Part shown: in pieces, positions 51,850 through 62,300 of the stretch
Position numbering within the stretch: position 1 is the first letter of the stretch
Layout: the number at the start of each line of letters is the position of its first letter
Assembly: GCA_051532055.1 (NCBI GenBank)
Contig: JAOPTX010000003.1
Span: 89,064 to 153,063, forward strand
DNA length: 64,000 nucleotides
From: Fibrobacterales bacterium
GTDB lineage: Bacteria; Fibrobacterota; Fibrobacteria; Fibrobacterales; JAOPTW01
Direction: 5' to 3'
Notes under the pieces: model-generated
The model's database searches: none
What the model was told of the DNA's origin: nothing
Seen by the model: only the letters and a program-made list of their open reading frames with translations
Program-made: the position numbers and the translations under genes

Positions 51850-52641
51850 ATGAAAAAGAAGAGTGCACCACAGACATTATACGATATAGAGACTGACCGT
51901 ATACCTGAAAGCCCAGAAGGGTGCTATACCTATATACTCAATGAGATACAGGCTGCTCCTCTAAAAGATTTTACTTTTCCCTACCAGGGGATTGGACAGT
52001 TTTTCTATGAGGCAGAAGAGCTGGGCTATATGGCAGTAAAATACCGAAAGGGGCTCATAGAGGCAGGGTTTACTCTGAGTCTCGCTCATACTGCAATCAT
52101 CAGGGCTCGCGCGGGCATTCATGCTGATATACTCTACAATGGTGGTATCCCTCTTGATGATAGTCAGCCCGGTAGTTGGACTGAACGCTCTCCAGATGCC
52201 TTCGCCATTCGCACTCAAATGGTACGGCTGTTTAAGTTGGTGTATAAGAATGACCCCGTTAAAAAACGAGAGATGCAACAGCTCAACACCTCACGGGCTA
52301 TGGGGAGCGTCCTTCAAGATATAACGACTCTGTATACCATTGGCAGAGATATTGACCCACAATCCACACGGGTTGTACTCAATCCTGCGCTCTTTGATAA
52401 CGCTGAGCAACTGGTTAATGAGTTGTCGGGCCTCCAGGCTACAATACATTTTGCAAGTATTGAGATGAAAGAGAAAAAGGATATTCGAGACCGGATAATT
52501 ACTCTGTTAAAAGACCCGGTCATAGATATTCGTGACTGGGCTGATGTAGCCTTTGGTAATATGCCCAGTATCCGCAAGGAGTTTAATAGTGACTACTGTA
52601 GAAAGAAGTATTTGAAGCGGAAGAGGGGGAGGGTTGCTTGA
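51850..52641 (+). CDS. Hypothetical protein, paralog B (basic C-terminal tail)
   Basis: ATG 51850 preceded by GGGGAG (track start is GTG 51766). EKKDIRDRIITLLKDPVIDIRDWADVAFGNMPSIRKEFNSDYCRKKYLKRKRGRVA parallels paralog A. Confidence 0.65.
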   Translation: MKKKSAPQTLYDIETDRIPESPEGCYTYILNEIQAAPLKDFTFPYQGIGQFFYEAEELGYMAVKYRKGLIEAGFTLSLAHTAIIRARAGIHADILYNGGIPLDDSQPGSWTERSPDAFAIRTQMVRLFKLVYKNDPVKKREMQQLNTSRAMGSVLQDITTLYTIGRDIDPQSTRVVLNPALFDNAEQLVNELSGLQATIHFASIEMKEKKDIRDRIITLLKDPVIDIRDWADVAFGNMPSIRKEFNSDYCRKKYLKRKRGRVA

Positions 52642-53143
52642 TGGGAGTCTATCGTCGCCGCTCTTCGTTTGAGAAGAATGTTCTTGCAGCTTTAATCTTT
52701 AAATTGGAAAATTACACACAACAAGAGAATGTATTATAGTCTGACCTAGATGTTTTACCAAAGTCATGGCAATTATAATTGTAAAATAAAATTATACATA
52801 CTTTAATTCAGGTCTACAATTACACAAGAGAGTAAGCGTAGTTTTTAAGGTGCTTACCCATGTGTTCTGTTAGTGCGTTTAAAATAAATATAAGTATAAA
52901 TAATGTCTACTGTTTATAAACTGTTGCAATTTATAAGGTTATGATTTCATTAATTTTTTCTATTTAATTAATAACGTTGCATATTATCTTATTTTTTTGG
53001 TATTTGCTTACCATACCCATTTTTAGCCCTTAGTACAAACCTCTAATAATTCGCAGGTTTTCAGTGAGCCGATCAGGTATTGTCTGATTGAATCTATTTA
53101 TGTAAATGTTATATATGTCTTTTACCTTTGGTTTAAGGCAGGT

Positions 53144-56100
53144 ATGAGTATTAATTCAATAGTATTCACTTTCATAATAATCTTTGGAATTACAAATTCT
53201 TTTTGCGGCGATTGGGATGTTTTAAATCCTATTGATGTAGGTCAACAAGCGGCATATGATGATTTGGTTGCAAAAATTATTTTAGCAAATGGGACAGTTG
53301 GCCCGCATACAATTAATTTACCCGAAAAAAGTGAATTCGTATTTCCAATAACGACATTGAGAAATAAAAATGGATACACTGCTTTGCCGTTTATAGATCA
53401 AGAGATAATTGTAAACGCTAACAATTCGAAGTTTTCAATTCCAAATAGTTATACAATAGAAACACTTCGCTTTTTTTTCGTAGAGTATGGAGCTAAATTA
53501 GAAATTAATAATCTAACACTTGATGGGGGTTCTGCAATAAATGGTGGAGCTATTTATAACGCAGGTTCTCTTATTCTTAGAAATACTACCATAAATAATA
53601 CCAATAAGAAGTTCCTTAATGAATTACGACAAAAGCGATATGGTACCTCTACAACCGAAATAGGAAATGATGGTGCCATATTCAATAACTCAAGATATTT
53701 TCCAGGAGAAGATAATAATATAATGGCTTCTCTTAAAATATATAATTGTCATTTTGTAGGTAATTTGGCGCAATGGGGAGGGGCAATCACAAATCTTTAT
53801 GGGAAAGTAGACATATATAATTCAGAATTTTTAAGAAATACTGGATTAGGACATGGTGGTGCAATTAGTAATGGTAGGAATTATACTGCATATGGTTATG
53901 AAATACATAATAGGGTTGTGAATATATATAATACACGGTTTATTGAAAATGTAGCAGGTGATCAGGATGATATAGTGGTTAATCTCGATGGTGGTGGAAC
54001 AAATGTAGTTCATAGGATGGCACCAGGTGGCGCCATAGATAACCAGACAGTGATGAATATTCAAAATTCGTTTTTTTATAAAAATGTGGCACTCGAAGGT
54101 GGAGCAATTAGAAATGCTGGCTTGCTGAATATAGATAATTCCACTTTTGCACAAAATCGAGTGTATCGTTCAGCAGTATTTTCAGACATGTCTGATGATG
54201 TTGATTTTAATAGCTTGATTACTGCTCGGGGACTACCAAGTGACCCAATTGTTGCCGTATCACAACCACTTCTTCCATATGTCGCCCCTAATTTTCCATT
54301 TGGATCAGATATTCCCGGTACAAAACTGTTAGACCCTGTAAATGGTGGGGTATTGTCTAATAAATATATTTTTGCCCCGGTTCGTGCCCTCATTACAAAT
54401 TCAACTTTAGCATATAATGTCTCTGAAGTATGGGGAGGTGGAGTGTTTGCTGAAGCTACTTTAGGAAGTGTAAGTATACATAATGTCATATTATCTAATA
54501 ATGCCACATATCACCCGGACAATACTACCAGTAGTCCGAATTGTAAAGGGTACCTACATATGTGGCTTGGGAGTGATGATAGAAATGTTATACCTGATCT
54601 CACTGGATGTGCGGTAATTAATGGTTCATCAAATATTATTGGCTCAGACCCAAATTTACTAGAATTAGATTTTTCAACAGGGGTCTATCCTATTGATATG
54701 ACTTCTTCAGCAATTAATATGGGGAGATTTACTCAAATTAGTGAGTACGATCAACGAGGATTAAATCGTCATTATGGTTTTTTAGATATAGGGGCTTATG
54801 AATATCATCCGGATGCCGTTACTATGTGCGAAGAGCTTGAAGATGGATATCAAGTGTCGGTTGACAAACTAGCTGATGATCATTTGAGGTACAGTGTGCT
54901 ATCAAATAAATCGCTTTCTCAGGCCCGGGCAACTGTCTATATAGATAGGAACGGAACTATAATTCCGTTATTTGGATACCCTGATTCCCCGAATCCTGTA
55001 AGTCTCTGTGATACGAAGGTCAATGGCGTTCAACAGTATTGTTTTGAACATACGGGCTATGATTACCAAAATTTAGACGAAATAATCGTTCAATTCGAAG
55101 TTGATGATGGAGTAAACACTGCTTATCCAGATATATACACATACATTTATGAAGGTGACCAAGCAAACGAGTTTATAGAGGTTAAAGATGATGGTAACGT
55201 TCACTATTCCCTTACATTAAATCAACAAGTATCTACTATAAATTTTTGGTCAAAAATAAATGGTACAGAATTTGATTTAGGAAATGTTAAGAGTTCAGAA
55301 CAAGATAATCTTGATGGTACATTTACTTATTTGTTTGATCATAGTAAATATCATTATTCTAAAGGAGATATTTTAGAAGCGAGAGTAGAATATACTCTAC
55401 CTCCTTCGGATAATTATTTTTTACCAGGGCCAGACAATACTGTATATTCATCAGAAATTCAGTATGAATGGGGAATGGTTCCAGAAATATCGCATGAGAT
55501 TCTTTCACTTGGCGAGGTCAAGATTACTGTAACATTTTCTGAATCCAAGGATGCAATCAAGGCTCTAATAAAACGTGTGAGTAATGTTTTTCCTGAAGTG
55601 TCTATCGATCTCTCTACAGAGGTACATGATCCTACGAATAATACCTGGTCTTATAGTGCATTATTTCCTGCATATTATTTCAATACTGGTGACATTCTTG
55701 AACCAAGAATATGGTCATCTGTTTCAATAAGAGGTGAAGAGTTTGTACCAGGTGCTGATGCAAGTGTATGGGGGGATGAATTTGAATATGACTATGTATT
55801 CAATTGTACAGCCGTTTTACCTGATGGCAACTATTATATGAAAAATACTAATAGTAATAAATGTGTAGAAGTAGAAAATAATGGTACTGAAAATGGTGCA
55901 AATATTAGACAGTGGGGATGTAATCAAACCAGTGGTCAGAGATGGGAAGCTACTCATTTAGGTGATTGTATATATGAACTCCGAGGAGAAAATTCTGGTA
56001 AACTACTAGAAAAGTCAAATTATGGAAATGATGTAAACGTACATCAATGGTGGAGTGATCCTTCAAATTCTTATCAACAATGGCGGCTAACAGAAAGTGG

Positions 56101-56677
56101 TGTAGGCTCCTACACATTAAGAAGTATGAAAAATGAAGATAAATGTTTAGATGTGGCTTCTGCGGGTGTTAATGACGGCGCGAATATTCAAGCGTATGAT
56201 TGTAATGACACAGATGCTCAAAAATTTCAGTTTGAAGAATATGTGTCTGGTTCGTTATCTGGTGCATATAAAATAATGAATGAACTCAGTGGTAAATGCT
56301 TGGACGTTCAAGATGGTAGTTATGCAGATGGGTCAAATATTCATCAATGGGATTGTTATGATACAAATTTACAACGTTGGGAAATTATACATGTATCAGG
56401 CGATGTTTATGGTTTTAGAAATGTTCAAACTGGAAAACTATTGGATATAGAATGGGGGGGCGGTGGTTCAAATATTCAACAATGGTACAGTAGTAGTGTT
56501 GGAGGTAGCCAACAATGGAAATTAGAATTACAAGGTAATGGCAGTTATATATTTAAATCAATTATCCGTTCAGGGGAATGTATGGAAATATCTTGGGCTT
56601 CAACGTGGGCTGGTGCAAATGTTCAATCTTATAATTGTTTATGGAATGGTGCACAGCGTTTTTGGTTATACAGGTAA
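53144..56677 (+). CDS. Secreted protein: Pmp-like beta-helix (GGAI repeats), beta-sandwich repeats and two C-terminal ricin-B lectin domains
   Basis: 1177 aa with a signal peptide. Repeated GGAI(Y/T/S/D/R)N motifs (GGAIYNAG, GGAITNLYG, GGAISNG, GGAIDNQ, GGAIRNAG). The C-terminal approximately 290 aa carry six Q.W-type trefoil motifs (QRWEATH, QQWRLTE, QKFQFEE, QRWEIIH, QQWKLEL, QRFWLYR). Confidence 0.8.
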   Translation: MSINSIVFTFIIIFGITNSFCGDWDVLNPIDVGQQAAYDDLVAKIILANGTVGPHTINLPEKSEFVFPITTLRNKNGYTALPFIDQEIIVNANNSKFSIPNSYTIETLRFFFVEYGAKLEINNLTLDGGSAINGGAIYNAGSLILRNTTINNTNKKFLNELRQKRYGTSTTEIGNDGAIFNNSRYFPGEDNNIMASLKIYNCHFVGNLAQWGGAITNLYGKVDIYNSEFLRNTGLGHGGAISNGRNYTAYGYEIHNRVVNIYNTRFIENVAGDQDDIVVNLDGGGTNVVHRMAPGGAIDNQTVMNIQNSFFYKNVALEGGAIRNAGLLNIDNSTFAQNRVYRSAVFSDMSDDVDFNSLITARGLPSDPIVAVSQPLLPYVAPNFPFGSDIPGTKLLDPVNGGVLSNKYIFAPVRALITNSTLAYNVSEVWGGGVFAEATLGSVSIHNVILSNNATYHPDNTTSSPNCKGYLHMWLGSDDRNVIPDLTGCAVINGSSNIIGSDPNLLELDFSTGVYPIDMTSSAINMGRFTQISEYDQRGLNRHYGFLDIGAYEYHPDAVTMCEELEDGYQVSVDKLADDHLRYSVLSNKSLSQARATVYIDRNGTIIPLFGYPDSPNPVSLCDTKVNGVQQYCFEHTGYDYQNLDEIIVQFEVDDGVNTAYPDIYTYIYEGDQANEFIEVKDDGNVHYSLTLNQQVSTINFWSKINGTEFDLGNVKSSEQDNLDGTFTYLFDHSKYHYSKGDILEARVEYTLPPSDNYFLPGPDNTVYSSEIQYEWGMVPEISHEILSLGEVKITVTFSESKDAIKALIKRVSNVFPEVSIDLSTEVHDPTNNTWSYSALFPAYYFNTGDILEPRIWSSVSIRGEEFVPGADASVWGDEFEYDYVFNCTAVLPDGNYYMKNTNSNKCVEVENNGTENGANIRQWGCNQTSGQRWEATHLGDCIYELRGENSGKLLEKSNYGNDVNVHQWWSDPSNSYQQWRLTESGVGSYTLRSMKNEDKCLDVASAGVNDGANIQAYDCNDTDAQKFQFEEYVSGSLSGAYKIMNELSGKCLDVQDGSYADGSNIHQWDCYDTNLQRWEIIHVSGDVYGFRNVQTGKLLDIEWGGGGSNIQQWYSSSVGGSQQWKLELQGNGSYIFKSIIRSGECMEISWASTWAGANVQSYNCLWNGAQRFWLYR

Positions 56678-56688
56678 TAAGGTAAATC

Positions 56689-59316
56689 ATGTTAAATAAT
56701 GTTAAAAATATATTGCTTGTTTTGTCTTTTGTCCTTGTAAATGGTTTTGGTGCTACCTATAACTGTGATGACGCAGGTTGGAGTAATGCTAAGAATGCAA
56801 CATTTACAGAAGATGAAGCTACTATTGGAAATGTTGTTCGGCAAACCCATGGACCAAGTGCACCGGTATCAATTGTTCCAATGGGGGGTGATGAATATCA
56901 TGTACAAAATATTAATATCAAATTCTGGACCAGTACAAATTCAGGAATAAAACGGATTTCAAAAATTCATATAGGGACAGGAGTTAAGCTTTCTAAAAAC
57001 GATAATGACCCAACTAATGATGGATTACCTACAAAGTTTAATGAGGTTAGGACACATGTCGGTGAATTGTCAGCGCTAGAAGAAATAATTATTGATGGTA
57101 GAGCCGATTGGGTCGGCGCAACTATAGACACTGTTCTTTTTTATGAGTTACAGGATGCCTCTGTAGAATTTAAATTTTTAGGAAAAAAATATAAGCATTC
57201 ATATATATTAGAATTAGGGGGGCTAACTTTATTAAAATATTTAGAGATTGAAAATACTAATTTAAGCCTTGTTAGTGAAACTCTAAATTCTATGAAAGTA
57301 CTCGATGAAGTTTACTTAAATAATAATAGGATCACCTATGTTGGAATTAAATCACCTGATGATGCTGTAACACCAGCCCTTCCTTGCAGAAAACTTAAAG
57401 TGGTTGACTTACGAAATAATTATTTCACTAATAACGATTTTGAATACCTAGAAGTGGATACATTCTATATTGCAGATAATTATCTCAAAAATTTCCCACT
57501 TTTTAACCTAAAAAATGCCGTAAGTACAAAGTTAGACGCCTCTTATAACTTGATTTCAAATTATAGTTCTAGAGGTCTCTATGGAAATACTGATACACTA
57601 TTACTCAACAATAATATTGTGGCCTTCTTCAGTTTGATTGCTGCTAAAAATTTTGAAAAATATATAGATTTGCGAGATAACTATATTAAGTATATTTATC
57701 CATCGGGAGAAACATTACCTACTGGTCAAGTCGTTAAACTTGATGGGAATGTTTTTTGCAATATTAAAGAAATTGCTGAAATGGATTTGCTTGAAGGGTT
57801 AGATCCTATAACGTTTCACAATGACCTTATTACTCCAGAGCGTGATTGGTTGAATGATGCGAATCCTCGCTGTGGTGAAGAACTCTTAGATTTAAAAATA
57901 TCTTCAAATTGTCTTCAAGGGACGACAACACCATCTGGTGTTATTAAAGCTTATAGTAATACTGACTATGATATCGAGGCCGAGGTATTGCCAGGCGAAC
58001 CCTATGAGTTTTCTCACTGGGAGATTATACACCCAGATCCTAATGTTACTCCTGAAACAGAATTACCCCATATAGATGATGTTTTTTCAGAAAAAACTAA
58101 AGTCAGAATTTCAAAGGATAGTGAAATAAAGGCGGTTTTTAAGAAAGTAGGCACGCATACTGTGAGTGTATCAAAAAAAGGTGATAATGATCAGGCATTG
58201 GTGTTCCCTAAAGGGACATTCAATTTTAACGACGGTCGATACTTTGCTCCATATTATTTCTTAAATAATCAATCACCTTATCTATTTAAACAATGGCTTC
58301 TAAAAACAGGATCAACAGAAAACCCAATTACCTTTCCTTCTCGGGTAACTGCTGATATGGAAATTATCGCAGAGTTTATACATGACCCAACATCATTTGT
58401 TGAACTGTCAATTGATAATCCCGCAGAGATCTCTTATGTTACAGATTTAAGTAGAGATTATAACAATGAAACAGCTGGAGTGATCGACTGGAATGTTCCC
58501 TTTTATTTGCCTCCTAACACAGAATTCTCTTTAACCACTACATTGGCGCCAGGGTATATTCTAGATAGGTGGACCTTGTCAGGTGTACAATTGGTTAGTG
58601 AAGTTGGGAACGTCGCTACATTTCGTGTTGACAATGTTACACTGCCTGCAACCGCTTCAATAGTTCCTGTAGTCCTCCCAATGTTTCACATTTATTTAGG
58701 GCCTTCACAGTCAATTACAGATCACTGTTACCATGGGGAAAGTCAAGATGTGAATGTTGAAATGGTTGTACTCACTAACTATGATAATGTGCTCTATGGA
58801 ATCATCGCATTAAAAGAAGATGACCCATTTGAGCAAGATCTAACATTATTTATTGATCATATTGCTGCACCTGCTGGTGATGTTGTTGATGGTTATGATA
58901 AAAAATATGTAATCAACTACAATCGAAATTCAATACCTTCAACAGCCATATCCAATATGTTCTTCTATACATGGGATGGTTCAAAATGGATATTTGGTGG
59001 AGATGATGAAAATAATGGTGTACCGGGTCCAGACCTTCAATTTAATGTTAATGCAATTACGGGAACTCAACTTTTACCTCAGGATTTAACAGCAAGTACC
59101 TGTAATTATGCATTTGTTGAGAATTCATTATATGAGTTTAGGATAACTCTCCCAAGCTCTTCTAGTTCTATTAAATGGAAATTACAAGGTGAGACATGCG
59201 AATTTGATGCACTTCCTTTAACGTATAATTTATTGACCAATAATTCTGCGCCCCGCCTATCAGTCGATGGAGATGTTGCTGACTGGGGATTTATCAATGG
59301 TTCGGCTTGTCCATAA
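56689..59316 (+). CDS. Secreted leucine-rich-repeat protein with InlB-B-repeat-like domains
   Basis: 875 aa with a signal peptide. LRR-like segments (LEIENTNLSLV, VYLNNNRITYV, VDLRNNYFTNN, YIADNYLKNF, DASYNLISNY, LLLNNNIVAF, IDLRDNYIKYI). G(Y/F).F..W units (FSHWEI, FKQWLL, LDRWTL). Starts 11 nt after the upstream stop. Confidence 0.8.
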   Translation: MLNNVKNILLVLSFVLVNGFGATYNCDDAGWSNAKNATFTEDEATIGNVVRQTHGPSAPVSIVPMGGDEYHVQNINIKFWTSTNSGIKRISKIHIGTGVKLSKNDNDPTNDGLPTKFNEVRTHVGELSALEEIIIDGRADWVGATIDTVLFYELQDASVEFKFLGKKYKHSYILELGGLTLLKYLEIENTNLSLVSETLNSMKVLDEVYLNNNRITYVGIKSPDDAVTPALPCRKLKVVDLRNNYFTNNDFEYLEVDTFYIADNYLKNFPLFNLKNAVSTKLDASYNLISNYSSRGLYGNTDTLLLNNNIVAFFSLIAAKNFEKYIDLRDNYIKYIYPSGETLPTGQVVKLDGNVFCNIKEIAEMDLLEGLDPITFHNDLITPERDWLNDANPRCGEELLDLKISSNCLQGTTTPSGVIKAYSNTDYDIEAEVLPGEPYEFSHWEIIHPDPNVTPETELPHIDDVFSEKTKVRISKDSEIKAVFKKVGTHTVSVSKKGDNDQALVFPKGTFNFNDGRYFAPYYFLNNQSPYLFKQWLLKTGSTENPITFPSRVTADMEIIAEFIHDPTSFVELSIDNPAEISYVTDLSRDYNNETAGVIDWNVPFYLPPNTEFSLTTTLAPGYILDRWTLSGVQLVSEVGNVATFRVDNVTLPATASIVPVVLPMFHIYLGPSQSITDHCYHGESQDVNVEMVVLTNYDNVLYGIIALKEDDPFEQDLTLFIDHIAAPAGDVVDGYDKKYVINYNRNSIPSTAISNMFFYTWDGSKWIFGGDDENNGVPGPDLQFNVNAITGTQLLPQDLTASTCNYAFVENSLYEFRITLPSSSSSIKWKLQGETCEFDALPLTYNLLTNNSAPRLSVDGDVADWGFINGSACP

Positions 59317-59324
59317 GGTTTTTT

Positions 59325-62300
59325 ATGTTATTTAAATCTATTACTTTTATATTAATTTGCTCAATAGTTACTACTGCGCAATTCATTATTGATGAGGGAA
59401 CAATTAGAATTGTTCTATCCAAAGAAGTGAATGCAGATTATTCTGAATATTTTTTGAAATCGGAAAATAGTACAGAGCGAAATGTGCAGTATTCTAGCCC
59501 TCAAATTACTTCTCAAAATATCGAAGAGTTCATTCCCATAAATTTATCTTTCAATGCATCTGAAGAGATTAAAGTAACCGAAGCTCGTAAGACATCTTAT
59601 AATTCGACTACAAATGTTATCGAAAGTTATGGGAAATATGTGAAACCATTTATTCTAGGTAGGGGAGATATAGAGTCTATATCATTGGAGCCAATAAAGG
59701 ATATAGACATGGTTGGGGACATAAACTTAAATGGTATTTGCACAGAAAAGGTAGAGCTAATATTGAGTACTACTTCCTACTTTGTTGATTTTTATGGAGG
59801 GTATCATGCCATTACAAGTTACAAAAAATATACAGATGCTGTTTCTGGTACTATAAATTTCTCTTTCCCATCTATCCCTACAGGCTTAAGTGGATTTGGA
59901 ATTATTAATGCTCGAGTAAAATGTGGTAATAATGGATATATATTGGCAGATGAAAATGAGTTGTTATCTGTAAGAAGAGATTTCTCAATTTCAACATCCT
60001 TGAATGTGGGATCGTTGAATTTTAACTTAGCACAAGCATCCCTGGGAACAGCTGATGTGTCGGGTACCTTTGGAACTCTTTCGGGACCCGAGACTCAGAC
60101 GCCGCAAGAACAAATATTTACATTACTTAATGAAAAAAGTACAGCAGCTGTTTTTCTAAATAATAAGGAAAACATAAGTGTAGATATGGTATCTAATACA
60201 TATACAACATCTATTCCTGTAGAAATGAGCGGTAGTACATTTATTGGGTATGCAAATTATTCTTGGATTGATAAAAACTTGAATTATGGGTTTTCGTCAG
60301 ACAGAAAAAACAAAACGAGTATGTATCAATTCACTGTAATGGACGGAGGGAATGAAATCGTTGATTTGGCCCCTACTTATAATGGGCCAAGTGATTATGG
60401 CATGGGTCGAGTAAATTTTGAAAACCTAGACAATACTATTGATATTCTTTCAGTTAAAGTTGGATATATCAGGGAAGCAACTGAATTTGATGGTGGTGAA
60501 TATGGTTATACTATTATTAAAAATGGAGATATAGGGTACTTTCCAATTTTTCACCCGGGTACTTACAAATGGGGGATACATACAGAAACAACAGCTAAAA
60601 TGACTGTTGAAGAAAAAATGTACGGAAATTTGAACCGACATTCTATTAAGACTACGGGTGAAATTACACTTTCTGGAGGGGCAAACAATAGTTCTAACGA
60701 TCATACAATCGATATTACGACTGGTGGCATTCCATACCTTATGGAATATAGTATTCCAACAGGTCAAGCATCCTTTTGGGTAGAAAGTGATAATATTGCC
60801 TATAGTGATTTGGAAGTCTATGTGGAAAATGCTGAATCTAAAGGGTTGTTCACAAGACAATTAGTTAATGTACATGCCGGAGTCGTAACAGCAGTTGTAA
60901 CACCGGGAGTATATACTGGGTTTGTATCAGCATTATTTAATGGAAAAAAAGTAAAAGTAGGGGAAATAAATTTTAAAGTTGTAGCTGGTGATAAAATACT
61001 TGTTTCAATAAAAGGATCACCAGTAATTGACTTGGCTGAGCCTATCACCTCTGCCGGTGATGGCACCTGTGTTTCAAGAAATAGTTTTAATGTGTCAGGA
61101 ACAGTTGATGGTGTTTCGGGAGAAATAATAGAAATTGTTGGATTTGAAATATATGATGGTGGAACGTATGGCCCAGAGTATCAGATACCATATACGGCAG
61201 CCGGAACAACTCAACAGCCATATCTGTACACGTTTTCTGATGTATATTCTGTTATTGATGTTGCTGATGAAAAAGTAAATTTTGCATTGAAAGTAAAAAC
61301 AGATAATAAGACATCCGTAATAGCACGAACAGTTATGTCAGATGCAAGTATACCTCTTTTAGCAATTACTGACCCACTAACTCCATATACAGCAGCAACT
61401 GACCAAACTTCAATTCGAATCAAGGGTCATGTTACAAATAGTACTTCGCCTATTACAAGAGGATATGCAACCAACGGAATAACCACAAAGGGATTTAATG
61501 TTGGGTCAGGGAACAATTTTGAATTTCCTTTTCCAATAAGTAGTGGATTAAATTCTATAGAAATTAAAGTTGAAAATAAATGTAACGAATCTAATGTTGT
61601 GCAACTCGAAGTTACTGTACCTACTGCTCCTCAAGCAATTTTTAATTGTCAACTCGCACAAGAGACCTCTATTATTGGTGAAAATATGATTTTGGATGGA
61701 GCTATGAGTAGAGATGAAGATGGATTACCTAATCCACTCACGTATACGTGGTATAAAAATAATACTCCTATATCGGGTATGACCGATGCTTCAGCTTTTT
61801 TCCCAATCACTGTGAGTACTCCAAGTCCCATTGCTATGAAATTGTGTGTAAGTGATGGATTAAATACTGATTGTAGTGCGGATTGCTCAATCACTCCTTT
61901 TGAACATGATGTCACAGATTATGTAGATATTACAGGGGTTATTGATGATCTAACTGGTCCCATGATTTCAGGCAATACTATTTATACTGTAGCTAGTGGG
62001 GAAGTTAAGTTTTTAAAAGTTGGATCACCAGAGCAAGAATCAGTGAATGCTATAATTACAGCAATCCCAAACTACTTGGCTACGATTCAATTACCAGTGT
62101 CACCTACTATTTCTCAAGTAATCGCATATCAAGAATTACAATGGCAAGATAGAAATGGTAATTCAGGTGTTCTAAAAGACAGCTGGTGGGAAGACCTTGC
62201 CAAAGCGCCTCAAATTGATCCTGCAACAAATTATATACATGACTTCACGCCAACATTTAATGGCGAATATGACTACTTAAAAGGGGATATACAATTTTTA

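Noticed and set aside
47205-53143. Search for an integron integrase or attI at the 5' side of the cassette-like array.
   Set aside because: No ORF in this stretch, or anywhere in the window, shows tyrosine-recombinase signatures (R...HxxR...Y). The array is therefore reported only as CALIN-like, and the integron interpretation remains unproven.
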